From positions 10,276 to 74,275 of the forward strand of contig JASGVS010000010.1 of the NCBI GenBank assembly GCA_030054835.1: a stretch of 64,000 bases of DNA, given 5' to 3'. Under the pieces are notes generated by a model. It worked only from the letters and a program-made list of their open reading frames with translations. It searched no databases and was not told the origin of the DNA. Each line of letters starts with the position of its first letter. Positions within the stretch are counted from its first letter, which is position 1. This DNA comes from Bacillota bacterium (GTDB taxonomy: Bacteria > Bacillota > Limnochordia > Darwinibacteriales > Darwinibacteriaceae). Positions 10,469-18,731 of this stretch are shown piece after piece. The position numbers were made by a program, and so were the translations under genes.

Positions 10469-10792
10469 TCAGTCCGTTTTCACAGGCATACGCTCTCCGC
10501 AATACTCGCAGAGCAGCCTTGTTTTACTGTTTGCCGTTCCACAGCTCTCGCATATGTTGTATTTGGCGGGGTCAGGCTTCTCCTCAACCACGATCTCTTG
10601 CTCAGTTTGAACTTTCACATCCCTTGGCTTAACTGTCACAGTCCGGACACGTCTGGTTCCCGTGCTGGGCAGACCATTCTCCCTCAGATACTCTTCTGTA
10701 AATGTTCCCACCACAGCTCCCACGGCCGATCCAATGGGACCGCCCAAGAAGCTGCCAAATGCCGCACCGAGCGCAGCTCCGATCACATTCAT
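10469..10792 (-). CDS. small membrane protein, 107 aa: N-terminal glycine-zipper helix plus a C-terminal zinc ribbon
   Basis: N-terminal segment IGAALGAAFGSFLGGPIGSAVGAVVG (GxxxG repeats), C-terminal CESCGTANSKTRLLCEYCG; AGGAGG RBS 7 nt upstream; 4-nt gap to the M48 gene. Confidence 0.6.
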   Translation of the reverse strand: MNVIGAALGAAFGSFLGGPIGSAVGAVVGTFTEEYLRENGLPSTGTRRVRTVTVKPRDVKVQTEQEIVVEEKPDPAKYNICESCGTANSKTRLLCEYCGERMPVKTD

Positions 10793-10815
10793 CTTTTGAC
10801 CTCCTAGCAGGGTCT

Positions 10816-10842
10816 ATTCTACGATTTTCTATCATTTTCTAA
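10816..10842 (-). promoter_or_regulatory. candidate promoter of the 4-gene operon (TTAGAA-15-TAGAAT, weak spacing)
   Basis: Read on the reverse complement just upstream of the AGGAGG RBS of the small protein. Confidence 0.25.
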
Positions 10843-10951
10843 ATATTTCGCCCAAACAAGCCCATTTCCTGCCACAAGCGAGTGATTCACATCACAAAGT
10901 AAATAAAAAAACCGCCCGCTTCAAGGGAAACGGACGGGAAGATTAATTTCT

Positions 10952-12838
10952 TTAGGCTGCTGCCCGCAGTGATTGGAGCAGGGCGTTTAGGGTGCTGGCG
11001 GCATCCCCTTCGATCAACGTGCAGTTTGGTGCATCGTACAAGGTATTGGGCACTCCCGCGTAGCCCGGTGAGCGGTCTAGGTTGAAGACCAAGACATGGC
11101 GAGCTCTCTCCACGTGCAGGATGGGCATGCCGTAAATGGGTGTCCCCGGATGGGTTATGGCTGCCGGGTTAACAACGTCGTTCGCCCCCACAACTACCAC
11201 CACATCTACCTGCTCAAACTGGTCATTGATCTGATCCATCTCATACATCAACTCGTAAGGCACATCCACCTCTGCCAAAAGCACGTTCATATGCCCCGGC
11301 ATGCGTCCTGCCACCGGATGGATGGCAATCTGCACCTCCTTTCCCGCACTCTGTAGAATATCAATCAAACGCTTCACCTGCATCTGGGCTTGGGCTAAGG
11401 CCATGCCGTAACCGGGTACAATAACCACACGCTGAGCCGCTTCCAGCAGCTCGGCCGGCTGCAGTCCAGCCTCTCCACCTGCTGCAGGTTCACCCTCGAG
11501 AGCGTTAAGGATCTTCTCCAAACTGTCCTTAGCATCACCGACGAGCAGATGGACATGCCCCATACCGTACAGGCTGTTATCCACACCGGCGTAGCCCGGC
11601 TTGGTATCGTAGTTGCACACCAAGACCTGTTTGGCCTGATCGGCCCGGATGATGGGCATACCGTAAATAGGTGTCCCCTCCAGCTCGATGGCGGCTAGAT
11701 TAACCACATCGTTAGCACCGACAATAATGGCCAGATCAGCTGTCTGAAGAAAATCATTGATCTGTTCCAAATCGTAGAGATGCTCATACCAAACATCAGC
11801 CTCGGCCAGCAGTACGTTCATATGCCCGGGCATCCGGCCAGCAACCGGATGGATGCCGAATTTCACTTCTTTACCCTGGGCCTGGAGCTTGTCGGACAGC
11901 TCCTTCACCAGCTGCTGCGCCTGGGCGAGAGCCATACCGTAGCCGGGAATTATGGCCACTGTCTCAGCCGCCTGCAAGCTCTCCTCCCACTGATGCTGTT
12001 TCTCCTCACTGATCAGAGCCATTGGCGCAGTTGTCTTCACCGCCGCAGTGGTCTTGCCAAGGAGAATCTGCCAGAGGCTGCGGTTCATGGCCCGGCACAT
12101 AATCTGAGTTAAGATCAACCCAGAAGCACCAACTACCGCTCCCACCACAACCAGCAGAGTATGGTGGAGGGACATGCCTGCAATCGCACCGGCCACACCT
12201 GAAAGGGAGTTGAGCAGGGAAATGGTAATGGGCATATCCGCTCCCCCGACCCGGATGGTAAACAGGATACCGAAGCCAAGGGATACAACTGCCATAAGCA
12301 GCCCATGCAGAACAGGAGAACCTATTCCCACACTTAGCAGAGCTAGGCTGACCAGCATCAGCCCAGTGGTCAGCCACAGGGATAGATTATGGTGGTGGAT
12401 ATGAAACGGTCTCTGGCTTAACTTACCGTGGAGTTTGCCCGCTGCAACCAAACTTCCGCTTAGGGTTATGCCACCCACAATAATGGCAAGTCCCGTTGTG
12501 AACCAAGTAAACACATTCATTTCCCCACCCTGGCCAATGACCACTAAGGCAACCAAGGCCGAGGCGCCGCCGCCCAGACCGTTAAGGAGGGCGACCATCT
12601 GGGGCATCTGAATCATGAGCACCTTCAAGGCGAGCCAGACGCCAATGGCAGAACCAAGAATCAGGCCAGCCCACAGGAGGGGCAGGGTTAAAATCCCCTC
12701 TCCCAACAAGGTCAGGAGCACAGCACCTAACATAGCTCCCGCCCCAAGGAGGTTACCTGCCACCGCCGTTTTAGGCGAGCTCATGAGCCGAATGCCGTAG
12801 ACAAACCCTGCGATACAGATCAGCTGAAGGATGAGCAT
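10952..12838 (-). CDS. pntB: NAD(P) transhydrogenase beta subunit with a tandemly duplicated dIII (NADP(H)-binding) domain, 628 aa
   Basis: N-terminal polytopic membrane domain followed by two consecutive copies of the dIII signature (PGYGMALAQAQ ... HPVAGRMPGHMNVLLAE ... GANDVVN ... GTPIYGMPI ... PGYAGV). Confidence 0.85.
   Translation of the reverse strand: MLILQLICIAGFVYGIRLMSSPKTAVAGNLLGAGAMLGAVLLTLLGEGILTLPLLWAGLILGSAIGVWLALKVLMIQMPQMVALLNGLGGGASALVALVVIGQGGEMNVFTWFTTGLAIIVGGITLSGSLVAAGKLHGKLSQRPFHIHHHNLSLWLTTGLMLVSLALLSVGIGSPVLHGLLMAVVSLGFGILFTIRVGGADMPITISLLNSLSGVAGAIAGMSLHHTLLVVVGAVVGASGLILTQIMCRAMNRSLWQILLGKTTAAVKTTAPMALISEEKQHQWEESLQAAETVAIIPGYGMALAQAQQLVKELSDKLQAQGKEVKFGIHPVAGRMPGHMNVLLAEADVWYEHLYDLEQINDFLQTADLAIIVGANDVVNLAAIELEGTPIYGMPIIRADQAKQVLVCNYDTKPGYAGVDNSLYGMGHVHLLVGDAKDSLEKILNALEGEPAAGGEAGLQPAELLEAAQRVVIVPGYGMALAQAQMQVKRLIDILQSAGKEVQIAIHPVAGRMPGHMNVLLAEVDVPYELMYEMDQINDQFEQVDVVVVVGANDVVNPAAITHPGTPIYGMPILHVERARHVLVFNLDRSPGYAGVPNTLYDAPNCTLIEGDAASTLNALLQSLRAAA
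10955..12031 (-). repeat. intragenic tandem duplication (two units of about 537 nt) encoding the two dIII domains of pntB
   Basis: Amino-acid segments 270-447 and 448-628 align along their length. The opposite-strand shadow ORFs 11096..11356 and 11780..12112 show the same HMPGH-containing peptide about 537 nt apart. Confidence 0.6.
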
Positions 12839-13126
12839 TTAGGAGCCCTCCCTTCTGCGGCTGAACATCTTGAGCATACGGTGCGTAACCAGAAAACCGG
12901 CCACAACATTGATAGTAGCCAGCACAATGGCTAAAAAACCCAGAATTGCACTGCCCGTTGTGACGGCAGCAGCGGTTGAAACTAACGCCCCTAGAACGGT
13001 AATGCCGGATAGGGCGTTCATTCCGGACATTAACGGGGTATGGAGCAGGCTGGGCACATCACTGATCAGTTTGTAACCGAGTAATCCCGCCCCTGCAAAC
13101 GCCAGGACTAGAATCAACTCTCTCAT
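12839..13126 (-). CDS. NAD(P) transhydrogenase alpha subunit part 2 (membrane domain)
   Basis: 95 aa with three transmembrane helices; sits between pntAA and pntB as in split-alpha transhydrogenases. Confidence 0.8.
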   Translation of the reverse strand: MRELILVLAFAGAGLLGYKLISDVPSLLHTPLMSGMNALSGITVLGALVSTAAAVTTGSAILGFLAIVLATINVVAGFLVTHRMLKMFSRRREGS

Positions 13127-14310
13127 TGGCCTTCACCCCTTAGGCGCATTGACTCCAGCGTACCCTTGTGGACGATTTCGCCTCCCCGGGTAACCAGAGT
13201 CTCCCTCGTTATTTCATCCTCCAGATCAAGCACCAGTTTTCCAGCCTGGACTAAGTGATTGACCAGATTCAAGACGTTTTTGGAGAAGAGATCGGTGGAA
13301 CTGGCTGGCATGGTGCCGGGAATGTTCTTGGTACCATCAATCGTCACTCCGTATTTCTCCACTACCCTACCGGCTTCACTCAAGGCGCAGTTACCCCCCT
13401 GGTCAATGGAGATGTCTACTATCTGGGAACCGGGCCTCATCGCCTTAACCATCTCCTCCGTCAGCAAAACGGGCGCTTCTCTGCCGGGCACCAGAGCTGA
13501 GAGGATGACTATATCCGCCTGGCTGATGGCCGGCAGCAGAACCTCCCTTTCTTTGTCAAGCCATTCTTCACTTAGGGCTTGGGCGTAGCCCCCTTCACCT
13601 ATGGCCAGCTCGGCCGGGATACCCAGGTCAACTAACCGGGCGCCAAGACTTTTGGCCTGCTCTTGGGCGTCTGGCCGAATATCAGCGGCAAAAACCACTG
13701 CACCAAGCCTTTTGGCCGTTGCCAAAGCCTGCAGCCCCGCTACACCCGCTCCAATCACCAGCACCTGGGCAGGCTGAATCATACCCACTGCCGTACCTAG
13801 AAGAGGAAGAAACTTGGGCAGGCGGTTAGCTGCCATCAGTACCGCTTTGTAGCCGGCCACCGTACTCATGGATGTTAAGGCATCCATAGTTTGGGCTCTG
13901 GAAATGCGGGGAATGGAATCGAGTGTAAGGGAGGTTACCCCCCTTTCCGCCAGCTTGCGGACCAGATCGTGATTGCTGGGCGAGGCAGGATGGAGGAAAG
14001 TGATCAACGTCTGTCCCTCCCGCAGCAGATCCGCTTCATGCACCTCGTACTCCGCGTTGTACTGCGGTTCTTTCACCTTAAGAATCAGATCGGCCTGAGC
14101 GAAAATCTCCCTCACATCACCCATGAGCTTGGCCCCGGCCTCGGCGTAAGCCTCATCACTGAAAAACGCCCCGGCACCAGCCCCAGTTTCCACTAAGACA
14201 GTGGCTCCCTGCTGCACTAAAACAGAGACGGTTGCGGGCGTTGCCGAGACGCGCCTTTCTCCCGGTAATATTTCCTTCGGGATTCCGATCACTAAACCGC
14301 TGTATTTCAT
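13123..14310 (-). CDS. pntAA: NAD(P) transhydrogenase alpha subunit part 1 (dI, alanine-dehydrogenase-like)
   Basis: 395 aa; Rossmann motif VLVIGAGVAGLQA; alanine dehydrogenase/PNT N- and C-domain pattern; overlaps the next gene by 4 nt. Confidence 0.85.
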   Translation of the reverse strand: MKYSGLVIGIPKEILPGERRVSATPATVSVLVQQGATVLVETGAGAGAFFSDEAYAEAGAKLMGDVREIFAQADLILKVKEPQYNAEYEVHEADLLREGQTLITFLHPASPSNHDLVRKLAERGVTSLTLDSIPRISRAQTMDALTSMSTVAGYKAVLMAANRLPKFLPLLGTAVGMIQPAQVLVIGAGVAGLQALATAKRLGAVVFAADIRPDAQEQAKSLGARLVDLGIPAELAIGEGGYAQALSEEWLDKEREVLLPAISQADIVILSALVPGREAPVLLTEEMVKAMRPGSQIVDISIDQGGNCALSEAGRVVEKYGVTIDGTKNIPGTMPASSTDLFSKNVLNLVNHLVQAGKLVLDLEDEITRETLVTRGGEIVHKGTLESMRLRGEGQ

Positions 14311-14414
14311 GCTGTGCCTCCGTTCGTGTAATCTAGTATATTTACCTTTCGCAGAAAAGTACGAAATTCCTTGTGACTATAACAACTTTTTAACACTTTG
14401 TGAACGAATGCACA

Positions 14415-14459
14415 AAGAAAAAAGAACCTTACTGCCCTTTTTCGCAATAGGGCGGTAAG
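14415..14459 (-). terminator. rho-independent terminator downstream of the DAP-dehydrogenase gene
   Basis: 11-bp stem CTTACTGCCCT/AGGGCGGTAAG with one wobble or mismatch, followed on the minus strand by a TTCTTTTTTCTTT tract. Confidence 0.45.
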
Positions 14460-14482
14460 ATTCTTTGGAATTCGGGATTCTG

Positions 14483-15385
14483 TTAAACTAAGCGTTTGAT
14501 CAATTCACTGGGATGGCCGGGAAAATAATCTAGTAACGGAATCTCCAGCAGCGTGTAAGCACCGGGCTGTTGTTTCACACTAGCCCTAGCCGCCGAGACC
14601 ATTACTTGGGCAGTCAGGGCGGGATTATTGATCCGCATTTCCCACTTGAGCAGCTGATTGGCCGCCTGGCCCGATGTGCCTTTGCGCTCAATTATTACAC
14701 CGTGACCCACATCCTTCAACGCCTCCACCGAGCCCACTGGGTAGACGTGGGTTTCATCGCGGCTGAAGTAAGGATCCGCCTTGATCTGAGCAGCAATCTC
14801 GTCCTGCTCCGCACCCTCCGCCAACTCCACATACACCATGCGGCGATGCACACCGGAGCCAGTGGGGATAGTCATGGACAGGGCATCCCTCACGCCTGGA
14901 ATGGCTTTTGCAGCCACAGAATGGCCCAGACTCATCCCGGGACCGAAGTTGGTGAAGGTCAAACCCTTGGGTGCCATCAGTTCCATGAGCGCCCGCACCA
15001 TGGAATCTGTGCCCGGATCCCAACCGGCTGAGATAACTGCCACTGCTCCAGAGCTCCTGGCTGCCTCAGCCAGTTTATCACGATGATTAAGCAGTTCCTC
15101 CCCGTGAATGTCGAAGGAGTCCACTGTGTTGATCCCCTGCTTAAGACACTCTACCGCATACTCACCCACCATGCGAGTGGGCAGACTGAGCACTGCCACA
15201 TCTACGCTGTCCAATTCTGTTAGGCTCTGCACCACTGGTACGCCTACCAGTTCACTGGGGACCTCCTTTTGGGCAGAACGGACAACGCCTGCTAACTCTA
15301 GATCAGAAGCGGCCTTAATGGCCTCCACAGCCGCCCGGCCCACATTACCGTAGCCCACAACTGCAACTTTGATTTTCTTCTCCAT
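14483..15385 (-). CDS. ddh: meso-diaminopimelate D-dehydrogenase-like NAD(P) oxidoreductase
   Basis: N-terminus KIKVAVVGYGNVGRAAVEAI, the dinucleotide-binding motif typical of Ddh; about 300 aa; start taken at the second Met (MEKKIKVAVVG). Confidence 0.55.
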   Translation of the reverse strand: MEKKIKVAVVGYGNVGRAAVEAIKAASDLELAGVVRSAQKEVPSELVGVPVVQSLTELDSVDVAVLSLPTRMVGEYAVECLKQGINTVDSFDIHGEELLNHRDKLAEAARSSGAVAVISAGWDPGTDSMVRALMELMAPKGLTFTNFGPGMSLGHSVAAKAIPGVRDALSMTIPTGSGVHRRMVYVELAEGAEQDEIAAQIKADPYFSRDETHVYPVGSVEALKDVGHGVIIERKGTSGQAANQLLKWEMRINNPALTAQVMVSAARASVKQQPGAYTLLEIPLLDYFPGHPSELIKRLV

Positions 15386-15443
15386 CTCTTCACCCGATTT
15401 CAACGGAACAGACTGTGCTGTCCCTTGGTTTCATATGCTGATC

Positions 15444-17348
15444 TTAATCTACTGCTCCAGCAGCCGCTGCCTCCAATGCAGCAGGTTCCTGTTCGTTAGT
15501 AACCAGCTGGAAGCGGGGCAAAAACTGCTGAATGAACTTAACGGTAGCAGCCTGATCCCGCGGCATTATTTGCCCCGGAGCGCTATCGAACATAGTCAAC
15601 ACCTGCTCCAACAGCCCATCGTTTAGGGCAGTTGGCTTAGCCACGAAAATGCGTTCATGGGTTGTGGCAGTGACGCCCTCTTCCGCCGTGAGCAGTTCTT
15701 CAAACAGTTTCTCACCGGGGCGCATACCCACGATTTTAATGTCAATATCCCGGTAGGGCTCGTAGCCGGAAAGACAGATGAGCGTTCTGGCCAGATCCAA
15801 AATCCTGACGGGCTCACCCATATCTAACACAAACACTTCGCCGCCACCGGCTAAAGCGCCAGCCTGGATGATAAGCTGAACCGCTTCGGGAATGGTCATG
15901 AAATAGCGGATCATGTCCTTATGGGTTACAGTAACAGGGCCGCCAGCTAGGATCTGCTTGCGGAAAAGGGGAATCACGCTGCCCCTGCTGCCCAGAACGT
16001 TACCGAAACGAACCGCTGCGTAGTTGGTGGAACTGATGGTATCAAGGTGCTGGATTATCATTTCCGCAATACGTTTCGAAGCTCCCATCACACTTGTGGG
16101 GTTCACTGCCTTATCGGTGGAAACTAACACGAACCTGTCCGCCCCGTAGCGATGGGCGGCCCAGGCCACCGAGTATGTACCGTAAACGTTAGTCTTGATT
16201 GCCTCTTCCGGATTCGCTTCCATCAAGGGCACGTGCTTGTGGGCAGCGGCATGGAAGACCACGTTGGGCTGGTACTCGGCAAACACCTTGTCCACTGCAC
16301 TTTGATCCCGAATATCCTTAACCAACGGGATCACCTTCACATCACTACGCTCTGCTAGCTCCAGCTCAATATCGTACACGCTGTTTTCACAGTTGTCCAT
16401 AATTAAAAGGAGCCTGGGCTTGAAATCAACCACCTGTCGGCAGAGCTCTGAACCAATTGAGCCACCGCCGCCCGTAACCAAGACAACCCTGTCAGTCAGA
16501 TAGGCGCTGATGCCTTCCAGGTCTGCCTTGACGGGATCCCGGCCTAAAAGGTCCTGCAGCTCAATCTCCCGGATATTCTGCACTGTCACATTACCATCGA
16601 TCAGGTCATACACACCGGGCAGGATTTTTATCTTCTTACCGGTAGGTTGGCTCAACTCCACAATCCGGCGGATTGTCTTCCGGTCAACCGACGGCATGGA
16701 GATTACTATCTCATCCACCTGGTGCGTTTCCACAAGGGTCGAGATCTGTTCTGTACCGCCTAAAACAGGATAGCCAAAGACATGTTTGTTCTGCTTAACC
16801 GGATCATCGTCCACAAAGCCCACTACCCGAAAATCGTTGGCGTAGTGGTTGCGAAACTCCCGGGCAACCAAGACCCCGCCATCGCCTGCACCAACAATTA
16901 AGACCCGCTTGGCAGGCTCGCCGTTGGGCAGACTGGTCGGGCGAGAATAGAAAACGCGCCAGGCAAAGCGAGTGCCGCCAAAAAAGAAAATCTGCAGACA
17001 CCACACTAGGGCAAGCAGGCCCCTGGGTGGCAGTAAGTCAAAGGCTAGGCGGAGAATGAGTACGTTTGCTATACAACCCACGGTCGCAGAACTAACGATA
17101 GCAACAACCTCGTCGATGGATGCGTAGCGCCAAGCCCGTCTGTAAAGACCGAAAAAATAATTGCTCAAAAGCCAGACAGCGGTGATGGGAATCATGATGG
17201 CCCAGTACCGGGCCCAGTCGGAAATCAGGAACGCCTCAAAATACATGAAAAGGGAAATGATAACTGCGGCGTTCGCAAGCAGCGCATCGAAAAAAAGAAC
17301 AAGGCCTTGTTTTCCTAATCGATACATGACGATACCTCCATCGTTCAT
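15444..17348 (-). CDS. polysaccharide biosynthesis protein CapD/PglF-type membrane-anchored NDP-sugar 4,6-dehydratase
   Basis: 634 aa; N-terminal transmembrane helices, two Rossmann regions (VLIVGAGDGG; VLVTGGGGSIGSEL) and the YxxxK of the SDR-extended family. Confidence 0.8.
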   Translation of the reverse strand: MNDGGIVMYRLGKQGLVLFFDALLANAAVIISLFMYFEAFLISDWARYWAIMIPITAVWLLSNYFFGLYRRAWRYASIDEVVAIVSSATVGCIANVLILRLAFDLLPPRGLLALVWCLQIFFFGGTRFAWRVFYSRPTSLPNGEPAKRVLIVGAGDGGVLVAREFRNHYANDFRVVGFVDDDPVKQNKHVFGYPVLGGTEQISTLVETHQVDEIVISMPSVDRKTIRRIVELSQPTGKKIKILPGVYDLIDGNVTVQNIREIELQDLLGRDPVKADLEGISAYLTDRVVLVTGGGGSIGSELCRQVVDFKPRLLLIMDNCENSVYDIELELAERSDVKVIPLVKDIRDQSAVDKVFAEYQPNVVFHAAAHKHVPLMEANPEEAIKTNVYGTYSVAWAAHRYGADRFVLVSTDKAVNPTSVMGASKRIAEMIIQHLDTISSTNYAAVRFGNVLGSRGSVIPLFRKQILAGGPVTVTHKDMIRYFMTIPEAVQLIIQAGALAGGGEVFVLDMGEPVRILDLARTLICLSGYEPYRDIDIKIVGMRPGEKLFEELLTAEEGVTATTHERIFVAKPTALNDGLLEQVLTMFDSAPGQIMPRDQAATVKFIQQFLPRFQLVTNEQEPAALEAAAAGAVD

Positions 17349-17402
17349 TCACTTCATGTAGATAATTCTAGATAATTTCAAAAATCCCTGTCGTTGGTGT
17401 GG

Positions 17403-18731
17403 TCAAACCTTGCAGCTATCCGTGCGGGGATCGTGCCAGATCACCAAACCAAACTCGGTGTTTTCCCTTTCGCGCTGGTAGTGACTCTCCCCTTCTTTCA
17501 AGCATTGGGGGCACACGTGCCAGGGAATAAGCACTGCCGCACTGGGAGTGGGATGCACGTTGGAAACGGTGTAAATCACTCGCCAGCCTGCACAGCTGGG
17601 GCAGAGGCGAATGTACTCTTGCTGCTGCTCGTAAATGTTGTCCGTATCGTAGTGGATATGCCTCCTGCGCTCAAAGAAATCTTGCCTACCGAAGATTTCC
17701 TCCAGATCAGCCTCGCTGCGTCTTTCCCATAAAGACAACACCTCTGCACAGATCTGGGCTACCTGGGCTGTCAGGGAAGCACTTTGGCTCACTGTCTGCC
17801 GCTGCCAAGTGGGCTCTTGCACTTTAGAGTAATCAAGACCTGCCAGGGCCAACAGCAGCCCCAAGTTCACATAGGGCAGGGCGCTTTCGATGGAATAGCC
17901 CCCCTCCAGCACCACAATGTCCGGTGCCAACAGCTCTGTTAAGCGGGCGTAACCCTGGGCACTGAAGTTCATGTTGGTTAAGGGATCGGAATAGTGGTTG
18001 TCCTGACCCGCGGCGTTAACGATGTAATCGGGCTGCCAATCCTGCAAAATGGGCAGCACCACTCTCTCCATGGCCATGAGCATCCCCTCATCGCCTGTGC
18101 CAGGGGGTAGGGGAATATTCACTGTTTGACCATAGGCTGCGGGGCCGCCCCGTTCTGACAGGAAGCCGGTACCAGGATAAAGGGTTCTGCCGTCTTGGTG
18201 CAGGGAAATATGGAGCACCCCGGGGTCGTTGTAGAAAATATCCTGGGTGCCGTCGCCGTGGTGGGCGTCCGTATCCACTATGGCCACCTTTAAATCGGGT
18301 CCCAAGCGGTGGCGGAGATGATCCACCATGATCGCTTCATTGTTTATGGTGCAGAAACCTCTACTCCCGTGGACAACTCGGTTAGCATGGTGGCCCGGCG
18401 GTCTAAGCAGGGCAAAGGAACGGCCAACTAAGCCATCAACAACCAAATCCGCCGCCAAAATGGTTCCGCCAGCCGCAATGCGGTGGGACTCGGTTACGTG
18501 TTTTGCCAGACTGGGTACGAAAATATGTGTGCGGAGAATCTCTTCATCTTCCGCTAAGCGCGGCCTAAACTCCTTAATGGCCGGATGGTCAAAGAGGCCT
18601 TCCTCTTGAATCTGATCCCGTGTGTAAAGTAGGCGTTCCTGCCGTTCCGGATGGGTAGGTGAAATTGCCCAGTCAAAGGCAGGGAAAAAGACCAGCCCCA
18701 CGCTGGGTTTGTTCTCAGCCATTGCCTCCAC
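17403..18731 (-). CDS. histone-deacetylase-family (arginase/deacetylase fold) amidohydrolase with a Cys-rich C-terminal zinc-ribbon-like tail
   Basis: HHGDGTQDIFY and the DxH metal-binding pattern of the HDAC/AcuC family; C-terminal CPSCAGW...CPQC. Confidence 0.75.
   Translation of the reverse strand: MEAMAENKPSVGLVFFPAFDWAISPTHPERQERLLYTRDQIQEEGLFDHPAIKEFRPRLAEDEEILRTHIFVPSLAKHVTESHRIAAGGTILAADLVVDGLVGRSFALLRPPGHHANRVVHGSRGFCTINNEAIMVDHLRHRLGPDLKVAIVDTDAHHGDGTQDIFYNDPGVLHISLHQDGRTLYPGTGFLSERGGPAAYGQTVNIPLPPGTGDEGMLMAMERVVLPILQDWQPDYIVNAAGQDNHYSDPLTNMNFSAQGYARLTELLAPDIVVLEGGYSIESALPYVNLGLLLALAGLDYSKVQEPTWQRQTVSQSASLTAQVAQICAEVLSLWERRSEADLEEIFGRQDFFERRRHIHYDTDNIYEQQQEYIRLCPSCAGWRVIYTVSNVHPTPSAAVLIPWHVCPQCLKEGESHYQRERENTEFGLVIWHDPRTDSCKV

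Noticed and set aside
10629-10835. 68-aa ORF overlapping the small zinc-ribbon protein gene in another frame
   Set aside because: It lacks an RBS and overlaps the better-supported 107-aa ORF and its promoter region. Its composition is Arg/Cys-rich and junk-like.
14570-15086. Plus- and minus-strand ORFs inside the DAP-dehydrogenase gene
   Set aside because: Antisense or alternative-frame shadows of a gene with a clear NAD-binding N-terminus. The translations are His/Gly/Arg-rich and low complexity.
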